NCBI GenBank assembly: GCA_028692035.1
Contig: JAQUYD010000008.1
Location: 20,678-84,677 of the forward strand
Reading direction: 5' to 3'
Length of the DNA: 64,000 nucleotides
DNA from: Oscillospiraceae bacterium
GTDB lineage: Bacteria; Bacillota; Clostridia; Oscillospirales; Ruminococcaceae
The position numbers were made by a program, and so were the translations under genes. This document shows positions 58,401-64,000 of the stretch, piece after piece (positions within the stretch are counted from its first letter, which is position 1; each line of letters opens with the position of its first letter). The notes below the pieces were generated by a model. It was not told the origin of the DNA, did not search any database, and worked only from the letters and a program-made list of their open reading frames with translations.

Positions 58401-59256
58401 AGGTATCGGAGCCCGCTTCGTTGGTGGATTTATTCGCCCATACTGCATCAGACAAAAGGCCCACCTGAATGTTGCGCTTCCCCTGGTGGAATGCATCCAC
58501 CGCCGCTTTCATGGCGGAGCTGGTAGCGCTGTACATATAATTTTCAAAGCCCATCCCGCCGCCGGTACTTAGATAAGCAGCATAAGCGGTACCGTTCCCC
58601 GCGGAGGATAAATAGTAGTGGTCCAGCAAAACGCCGTCCAGATCATATTTCTGGGCAAAGGACTTGGCATTTTCGGTCACAGCCGTCAACACCGCCGCAT
58701 CCACTTTCTCCGCCGTTTTGTTTTTGCCATCCTCCTGGACCTTTAGCACATCAAAGGTCGAATAGACATACAGCCCATTTGCCCGGCATTTGGCAACAAT
58801 ATATTCCATCACATCAAAATTCGTCGGGACGCTGGCTGCCGTACCCGATTGGTAAAGGACATAGTCGCCATAAACCGAATCGATGATAATTGTGTTCATC
58901 ATCAAATTTTTCGCGTCGGCAATAGCGCTGTCGATTGCGGCTTTGACTGTGGCCGCGTCATAATTTCCGCCGGTCAGAAAATCGGTGCCCGGGACCAGCC
59001 ATACCCCGCGCATTTCGTCCGGATTGTTAAACACGATCGGCGTTGTATCCGGCGTTTCCGGATCCGGTTCTTCCACCGGGTCGTTGTCCGGCTCTTCTAC
59101 CGGCTCATCCACGGCGCTGTGGCTCACATCGCCGCCCGGATCCTTTTCCGGCGTGTTCGCCACCACCGCCACCACCGTGACGGTGAGGGTGATGACCGCC
59201 AATAAAATACCGATGACAATCCCCAGAACTTTTTTGTTGTTCAACAAATAAGCCAT
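55492..59256 (-). CDS. Large membrane-anchored cell-wall protein: GHL10-like (DUF187) domain, beta-rich middle region, Amidase_3 (MurNAc-L-Ala amidase), three Big_2 domains
   Basis: 1254 aa. N-terminal TM segment (VLGIVIGILLAVITLTVTVVAVV). GHL10-like MRGVWLVPG... region. Amidase_3 motifs IVIDPGHCNTDPGA and LVSVHANS (approx nt 56380-56920). Three Ig-like repeats (e.g. VTGVSLDQTAATIKVGETLTLAATVKPENATNKEITWTSSNEAVAVV). Poly-Ser linker. Confidence 0.85.
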   Translation of the reverse strand: MAYLLNNKKVLGIVIGILLAVITLTVTVVAVVANTPEKDPGGDVSHSAVDEPVEEPDNDPVEEPDPETPDTTPIVFNNPDEMRGVWLVPGTDFLTGGNYDAATVKAAIDSAIADAKNLMMNTIIIDSVYGDYVLYQSGTAASVPTNFDVMEYIVAKCRANGLYVYSTFDVLKVQEDGKNKTAEKVDAAVLTAVTENAKSFAQKYDLDGVLLDHYYLSSAGNGTAYAAYLSTGGGMGFENYMYSATSSAMKAAVDAFHQGKRNIQVGLLSDAVWANKSTNEAGSDTSASFQALVDGYADTKSFVEQGYYDFVAVKSFASRNNTVAPFTTVIKWWATLAQQKGIPLYAVQASSKSVSTESGWTSPTELTEQVIEARKVTGYKGSMFDSLSRLKADPQGSTTALKKLFSEELDVEYFATKLEVAKPKETTFTTYEPTVVFSGSSDPYFDALFNGEKLERDANGYFSMELELKPGLNTFTFKHKDQSVTYNITRVVKVLESISPQGNLTVNGGTEVTVSAMAYKDAKVTASLGGQSIQLTRDTADDDSTDKDTNFVKFSGKFTIPAAGSSAQSLGNVSISASWSGATDSLQGAYVTVNKKVQISDGVLIQVTASQAETFPDNTLDDLSQPSYFPICKGSLDFVVGDELVYKEGSTTYSYYNLASGRRVYSKDITTVGGSMEKNVISGLQVVSDSSHTYVKLKMSQKAAYTFNYSSSALNIEFHYTDSVPDDLSLSKNPLFSSASWSGSTLKLKLKNGFLGYKAYYESDTGYLVFQCNNPPASMSAARIVIDPGHCNTDPGALGFREDYNEYEVNLAISKYLKAELESMGAYVYMNNTTNGKVELLTRMNNGKSADPHLLVSVHANSSTSSSASGSEAYYFNAFSTDLASKASSAASGALETGNRGAKFGRFYMTRDSEFPAILLETGFVSNQSEYYKLITASYQKSIASQVASAIKSYLSAAGMGNTATGTQAVGDMSGGSAVAVTGVSLDQTAATIKVGETLTLAATVKPENATNKEITWTSSNEAVAVVSANGTVTGKKEGTATITATTASGGKTATCKITVKGTTASVTLNRTEIRLQKGDKYQLTAASTGGSGTVTYTWSTGNSSVATVDSSGMVTANAVGITTITVTASTGATTVCEVTVSSTSSSSGSSSSSSSSSSSASSSSSSGLDGIVPDDDEISIRMGKSQQLTYEVRPSTANPKVTFKSGDTQVATVTESGSVVGVGVGVTTVTLTAEDGSTCEWTVTVTSSGSVWH
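55762..55833 (-). repeat. Imperfect 9-bp tandem repeat (8 units) encoding a poly-Ser linker
   Basis: Plus-strand units are gctgctgga, gctggccga, actgctgga, actactgga, actactgga, actaccgga, gctactgga and agtactgga. They translate on the minus strand to SSSSGSSSSSSSSSSSASSSSSS. Confidence 0.9.
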
Positions 59257-59307
59257 ATATGTACCTCCCCCGCGGCTGGCCGCCGCTTCTCTCCGAATCC
59301 CTTGCTT

Positions 59308-60789
59308 TTAAAGGACGTCCGCCAAGGCGTTTTTCTCTTTTTCCACCTGGCTTTTCACCGACGATCCCGGCGCAAACAGGGACGCATACCGAAATAGGGC
59401 AAATCCGCCGTATTTTTTATAGTCTCTGGCGGACTGTACCTGACGAGCCAAAATGGACGACCCGCTGATCCACTCATTTTGGCCACTTCCAGCCCAGGAA
59501 TCCGTCAGGCCGATTTTATAGGGCGCAAGGCCGATATAAAGCGAAATGCCGGAAACCTTGATTTTATTATTCCACAACTCCACTGTTTCAGTAAAAGGAT
59601 GGCTAGAGTTGTCAAATCCAAAATAAATCTGTGGGCAAATATAATCCACATACCCTTTGTTGGAAAGCCATTTGTCCACATCTATGTACTGGCTGTTGTA
59701 GTTGTTCGAGGTGTTCCCCTGAGGGCTTACCCCAAAACGGATAGAAGGATCCGCCGCTTTGATGGCCGAGTACACATCCCGGATCAGAATGTTGACGTTT
59801 TCCCGCCGCCAGTCGCCGCGGGAAAGGGACCCGCCGCCCTTCTTATATTCCTGATAGTCGGTGTTATCAAAACTATCATCCGGGGAGGGATAAAAGTAAT
59901 CGTCGAAATGAATGCCGTCCAGATCGTAATTCTCCGCCAATTCCTGCACGCCATCCACGATCAGCTCCCGCACTGCGGACTGGGCCGGATTATAATAGAT
60001 ACCGCCATTGTAGCGGATCACAGCATCCGTTCCCTCATCTTCCCACTGGGAAGCGATGTTGGAAGCGGAAAGCGCATTGTTGTTGCCCGAGGGCCGGATC
60101 CGATAGGGATTGACCCATGCCTCGATCTCCAAGTCCAGGCCGTGCGCTTCTTCGATCATCACCTGCAGCGGGTCATACCCCGGATTTTTCCCCTCGGTGC
60201 CGGTGCATAGGTAAGACCAGGGAAAATAATCCGAATCATACAGCGCATCGCCAAAAGGCCGCACCTGCACGATGGCCACATTGCAGCCCAGATCCGAGAT
60301 GTTTTTGAACGCCGCTTTAATATTTTGGCGGAACGCTGTCTGGCTTTGGCCTTTCAGCATGCCGGAAAGATCCAGATAAGAGAACCAGACCGCCCGGTAT
60401 TCATCCTCCGAGACGCTGCCGCTATTACTGACAGGCTGCGAAGATGCGCTGCTCTGACTGGAGCTGCTCTGCGAGCTGACTGGGGCGCTGGAACTGCTTT
60501 GTGCGGCAACGCTTTGCCCTAAAGACGATTGGCTAGACTGCGGCGCAACCGACGAACTAGCCTGCATCTGAGACGATCCACCTTGGGACGAAAGCACAAC
60601 CGAATCCGAAGAAAAGGGCACTTCGCCGCTGCCTTGGGAACTTTCAGACCGTTCCTCTTGGGAAAGCACTGTTCCCTCTTCCAAAAGCATCTGCGGCTCC
60701 GGCGCCGAATCATCGGGTTGCCCGGAGCAGCCGGTAAAGGCCGCCAACGACATGGCCATAGCCAACAGAATGCAGACGATCCGTTTCAT
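59308..60789 (-). CDS. Lipoprotein with Ser-rich linker and GHL10 (DUF187, YngK-like glycoside-hydrolase-like) domain
   Basis: 493 aa. Signal peptide with lipobox (LAAFTGC). A low-complexity S/Q-rich segment of about 100 aa. GHL10 region is YRAVWFSYLD...VQVRPFGDALYDSDYFPWS...EIEAWVNPYR. Confidence 0.85.
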   Translation of the reverse strand: MKRIVCILLAMAMSLAAFTGCSGQPDDSAPEPQMLLEEGTVLSQEERSESSQGSGEVPFSSDSVVLSSQGGSSQMQASSSVAPQSSQSSLGQSVAAQSSSSAPVSSQSSSSQSSASSQPVSNSGSVSEDEYRAVWFSYLDLSGMLKGQSQTAFRQNIKAAFKNISDLGCNVAIVQVRPFGDALYDSDYFPWSYLCTGTEGKNPGYDPLQVMIEEAHGLDLEIEAWVNPYRIRPSGNNNALSASNIASQWEDEGTDAVIRYNGGIYYNPAQSAVRELIVDGVQELAENYDLDGIHFDDYFYPSPDDSFDNTDYQEYKKGGGSLSRGDWRRENVNILIRDVYSAIKAADPSIRFGVSPQGNTSNNYNSQYIDVDKWLSNKGYVDYICPQIYFGFDNSSHPFTETVELWNNKIKVSGISLYIGLAPYKIGLTDSWAGSGQNEWISGSSILARQVQSARDYKKYGGFALFRYASLFAPGSSVKSQVEKEKNALADVL

Positions 60790-61001
60790 CCTTGTCCTCC
60801 CATTGCAGATACCATCAGATATCTATTTATAATTTTATACTTTATGCAAAATAATAGCAATAGATTACACTCACATTTTTACAAAATTATTGCATAAAAT
60901 GACAGATTTGTACAGTGGCAAACCATGGAAAAAGTCGAATTCCCGCTTTTTTCGGAGATTTTTCTTTTGAGAGCACAATTTTCTGGCCAAAATAGCACAA
61001 A

Positions 61002-61033
61002 AAATTCTCCGGCACATCGGTGCCGGAGAATTT
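61002..61033 (-). terminator. Intrinsic terminator downstream of the M20 peptidase gene
   Basis: 14-bp perfect stem aaattctccggcac / gtgccggagaattt with a 4-nt loop, followed by a T-run on the minus strand. Confidence 0.82.
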
Positions 61034-61047
61034 AAAATTTCGCTGCT

Positions 61048-62187
61048 TTATTCAAAATACTCCGTAATGACGGTGCCAACCACCAACGGCCCTACCGCCA
61101 AGCTATCCAGCTCCACAAACTCTTGGCGGGTATGGCCCTTATGCCCAACATATCCGCCGAAACACACCGCTGGGATCCCCTGGGACAGCGGGATATTGCA
61201 ATCGGTAGACGCGGCGCCGGTTCGGATTTCTTCTTCGCCGGTATAATAGGTCATAACCGCGCTGCAACGATCGATCAGCGCTTCCTGTTTAGCAGGGGCC
61301 ACATTGCCGCTACAAGGGCGCAGGCCCAGCAATTCTACATTGACGGTTATGCCCATAGTACGGTAGCTTTCCACCACGCTTTTGAAAAAGCGGTCCATGA
61401 TATCCAAGCTCTCTTTGCAATCGGAGCGGAATTCATATAGCATCGACGCCTGCTGTGCAATGGTATTGACCGACGTGCCCCCTTCAATGGCGCCCACATT
61501 GTAGGTCGTGCGCCCACCTGCCGGCACCTTCATGCTGTACAGCGTATCGATCATGGACGCCAGCAGGTGGATGGCATTTCGGTTGCCAAAATTCCCATAG
61601 GAATGGCCGCCCTCGGTCAGCACCTCGACCCGGTAGCGCATGGAACCCACCGCGCCGGTGGTCATAGAAGTAAAGGTGCCGTCCAGCGCTAAAACCTCTT
61701 TGATCCGGCCCGCATAATCCTCCATGATCTGGCGGCAGCCTTTCAGGTTGCCCAGCCCCTCTTCACCGGAATCGACCACAAACATCACCGCACCATGGGG
61801 CGTCAGGCCGTTTTCCAAAATAAATTTGATGATCATTAGCATGATTGCCACATTGGCGGTATCATCGCCAATGCCAGGAGAAAAGATTTTCCCGTCCTCA
61901 ATCCGCAAGGGCATAGGTTCCATATCAGGAAACACGGTGTCCGAATGGGCCATGACCGCCACAATCTCATCGGATCCGTCGCAATGCATGGGGCAGATTA
62001 CATTGAACGCCCGGTCAATCGACACATTTTTCGCGCCGATCTTTTCCAGCCATTCTTTACAAAACGCAGCCCGTTTCTCCTCGTGGTTGGAAGGGGCCGG
62101 GATCTGGCAGATGGTAATCATCAGATCTACCAGCTCCTGGCGGTGTTCCTCAAAATAGGTCCTCAGCTTTTCTTCGTAACGGTACAT
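61048..62187 (-). CDS. M20 family metallopeptidase (ArgE/DapE/PepT-like)
   Basis: 379 aa. Motifs AHSDTVF, GIGDDTANV and SGEEGLGNLKG. Confidence 0.86.
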   Translation of the reverse strand: MYRYEEKLRTYFEEHRQELVDLMITICQIPAPSNHEEKRAAFCKEWLEKIGAKNVSIDRAFNVICPMHCDGSDEIVAVMAHSDTVFPDMEPMPLRIEDGKIFSPGIGDDTANVAIMLMIIKFILENGLTPHGAVMFVVDSGEEGLGNLKGCRQIMEDYAGRIKEVLALDGTFTSMTTGAVGSMRYRVEVLTEGGHSYGNFGNRNAIHLLASMIDTLYSMKVPAGGRTTYNVGAIEGGTSVNTIAQQASMLYEFRSDCKESLDIMDRFFKSVVESYRTMGITVNVELLGLRPCSGNVAPAKQEALIDRCSAVMTYYTGEEEIRTGAASTDCNIPLSQGIPAVCFGGYVGHKGHTRQEFVELDSLAVGPLVVGTVITEYFE

Positions 62188-62214
62188 AGGGGTTCTCTCC
62201 TCTCTGTCGGTCGT

Positions 62215-63027
62215 CTACTCGTCAATGGAAACCAGAATCGGCTTGCGCTGCTCGTACAGCGCAATATGGTGAAATCCTGCCTCCAGCGCCATTTCCCGGG
62301 CAATGTCAAAATCTGCGCCGACATCCTTAGACAAATGGGCGTCGGAACCAACGGTCAGATACCGGCCGCCGACCGCCTTGAACAACTTTAAAATCTGCAC
62401 CGACGGCAGCGCTTCCTTCGGCGATTGGCGGATCCCGGAAGTGTTGATTTCCAGTGCCTTGCCCCGCTCGGCCAGCCGCTGCAAAATCGGCGTCAGCCGG
62501 TCAGCATAATCGGCCAGGTTCACCTTGATGCCATGGTTGGCCGCATACCGCTTGACCAGATCCACATGGCCCAAGGAATCAAAATCGCATGTATCGACCA
62601 GTTCCCAAAGATAGTCCAGATTTTGTTGGATGATGTGCTCGGTCTCCGCCGCGTCGGCAAAAGCCATCTTTCCCATATCCACATTGTCCATTTTATGTAC
62701 CGACCCGATGATAAAGTCGAAGGGGAACAGGTCAATGATGGTTTTTTCCCACTCCCGGTCCACCTGCCCCTGCCCCATTTCAACGCCGGCCCGCAGCACC
62801 AGTTTTCCGTCAAATTTTTCCCGGCAGCGGGCTAGGTGATCAAAATACTGCTGCATATACGAAATCGGATAGCGCTTAAAATGGGCGCTAAACAGCTCCA
62901 TATGCTCGGTAAATGTAAGCTCGGTCAACCCTTTTTGGATCGCCGCTTCACAGCTTTCCTCCATGGGGGTGTTGCAATCCGGTGAAACATCGCTGTGTAA
63001 ATGATAATCAGCCGTGATTTTTTTCAT
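62215..63027 (-). CDS. Histidinol-phosphatase, HisJ (PHP) family
   Basis: 270 aa from MKKITADYHLHSDVSPD after SD AAAGGA. PHP motifs FTEHME, GSVH, LGHVD and GSDAH. The ORF extends 7 codons further. Confidence 0.86.
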   Translation of the reverse strand: MKKITADYHLHSDVSPDCNTPMEESCEAAIQKGLTELTFTEHMELFSAHFKRYPISYMQQYFDHLARCREKFDGKLVLRAGVEMGQGQVDREWEKTIIDLFPFDFIIGSVHKMDNVDMGKMAFADAAETEHIIQQNLDYLWELVDTCDFDSLGHVDLVKRYAANHGIKVNLADYADRLTPILQRLAERGKALEINTSGIRQSPKEALPSVQILKLFKAVGGRYLTVGSDAHLSKDVGADFDIAREMALEAGFHHIALYEQRKPILVSIDE

Positions 63028-63152
63028 ATGGTTCATCCTTTCGGCCACGATTCTTTTCCACGGCTTCCACCGCAGATCCTGCCCTTATTGTAGTCCCGGC
63101 AGGCACAAATGTCCAGTCTGAAAACGGAAAAAATAGGATTTTCCATCCCTCT

Positions 63153-64000
63153 TTAGAGCCCCAAGATAACATCGTAAACCAGCGGCTGAGGCTCGGGCTT
63201 TTGGGGGCCGATGACATAGCTTTCCAGCAATGCCTGTTTTGCCTGCTCCAATCGTTCCGGCACGTTCGTATAAAGCCGGGCCAGCGCTTGCCCCCGCTCC
63301 ACCGCATCGCCGGTTTTGCAGCACAGCACAACTCCCGCCGCAGGATCAATGACGCTATCCTTCTTTTCCCGCCCGGCTCCCAGTAGCATAGACGCCCGGC
63401 CACACGCTTCGGCATCCATGCGGCAGACCCAACCGCCCATCGGCGCGGACAGCTCATAAACCTCCGCCTTTTCATACAAAGACTTTGGCCGCGCAAAAAC
63501 CGATACGTCCCCACCCTGCGCTTGGCACATCTGCCGAAATTTTTCCAGGGCCGCGCCGCTGTCCAGTGTGTTTTGCGCCAACTGGCGGCAAAGCGCGGGG
63601 TCACCCTTTCCCGCCAGCGACAACATCTGCGCCGCCAGCACAAGAGAAACCTCCCGCAGATCCTCCGGCCCTTTTCCTTCCAGGACTTCCAGGGCCTCTG
63701 CCACCTCCAGCCCATTGCCGATGCAATGTCCCAAGGGCCGGTCCATATCGGTGATAACCGCCGCCATCCGTCGGCCACAGGCCCGCCCGATATCCACCAT
63801 CTTTCGGGCCAGACGCGTCGCATCCTCAGGCGTTTTCATAAAGGCGCCGCTGCCGCATTTTACGTCCAGCACAATAGCGTCGGCTCCGGCGGCGATCTTC
63901 TTGCTCATAATCGACGACGCAATCAGCGGAATGGAGTCCACGGTGCCGGTCACATCCCGCAGGGCATACAGCTTTTTGTCCGCAGGCGCCAGATTGCCCG
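63153..64000 (-). CDS. pdp: Pyrimidine-nucleoside (thymidine) phosphorylase, C-terminal part; continues beyond the window
   Basis: The frame is open to the window edge. TGTVDSIPLIASSIMSKKIAAGADAIVLDVKCGSGAFMK and the C-terminal alpha/beta domain are typical of Pdp/DeoA. Confidence 0.9.
   Translation of the reverse strand, partial: GNLAPADKKLYALRDVTGTVDSIPLIASSIMSKKIAAGADAIVLDVKCGSGAFMKTPEDATRLARKMVDIGRACGRRMAAVITDMDRPLGHCIGNGLEVAEALEVLEGKGPEDLREVSLVLAAQMLSLAGKGDPALCRQLAQNTLDSGAALEKFRQMCQAQGGDVSVFARPKSLYEKAEVYELSAPMGGWVCRMDAEACGRASMLLGAGREKKDSVIDPAAGVVLCCKTGDAVERGQALARLYTNVPERLEQAKQALLESYVIGPQKPEPQPLVYDVILGL

Noticed and set aside
55495-60210. Long plus-strand ORFs (55495-56433, 57100-57855, 59479-60210) inside the surface-protein and lipoprotein genes
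   Set aside because: All are antisense to ORFs with clear domain signatures. Their translations are Arg/Gly/His-rich with no motifs. They are consistent with the absence of stop codons opposite Ser/Thr/Ala-rich coding sequence.

Overview
This is a 64-kb stretch of a roughly 55% GC Firmicutes chromosome. The gene content looks Clostridia-like (Oscillospiraceae/Ruminococcaceae type), which is an inference from content only. The window is almost entirely core housekeeping genes, mostly on the minus strand and tightly packed, with many 1-8 nt start/stop overlaps and frequent GTG/TTG starts.

Content in order:
- a GNAT gene and clpB preceded by a ribbon-helix-helix (RHH) gene
- a split TauE pair
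- ruvX, a histidine phosphatase, upp, rpiB, tsaB, tsaE and fhs
- a SEDS (RodA-like) gene
- a Mef-like MFS exporter
- the conserved array yicC-remA-gmk-rpoZ-priA-def-fmt-(Zn peptidase)-rsmB-rlmN-stp-prkC-rsgA-thiN
- pncB
- a Fur-family regulator operon divergent from a DUF4080-type radical SAM gene
- a phosphate module (Na/Pi-PhoU transporter plus PhoP/PhoR-like pair)
- rubrerythrin
- coaX plus an ECF S component
- YcxB, DUF2200 and YitT genes
- mrnC, obg, L27, Prp, L21, folD and lgt
- an M16 peptidase pair and L19
- the TIGR03960/TIGR03936 radical SAM pair
- a five-domain c-di-GMP protein
- an envelope cluster (M23 + M50 proteases, a 1254-aa GHL10-amidase-Big_2 surface protein, a GHL10 lipoprotein)
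- an M20 peptidase, a PHP histidinol phosphatase and a partial pdp

I saw no rRNA, tRNA, CRISPR array, transposase, integrase, phage gene or recognisable defence gene.

I do not see a clear-cut novel system. The best candidates for a second look are:
1. A shared TAAGAAT-N-ATTCTTA operator that ties the Fur-family operon, an unknown Cys-containing membrane protein, the radical SAM gene and rubrerythrin into one regulon.
2. The GHL10/amidase envelope cluster.
3. The RHH protein co-transcribed with clpB.
4. A mini-ORF plus hairpin leader in front of the MFS exporter.

All family assignments are from reading motifs by eye. No database search was run.
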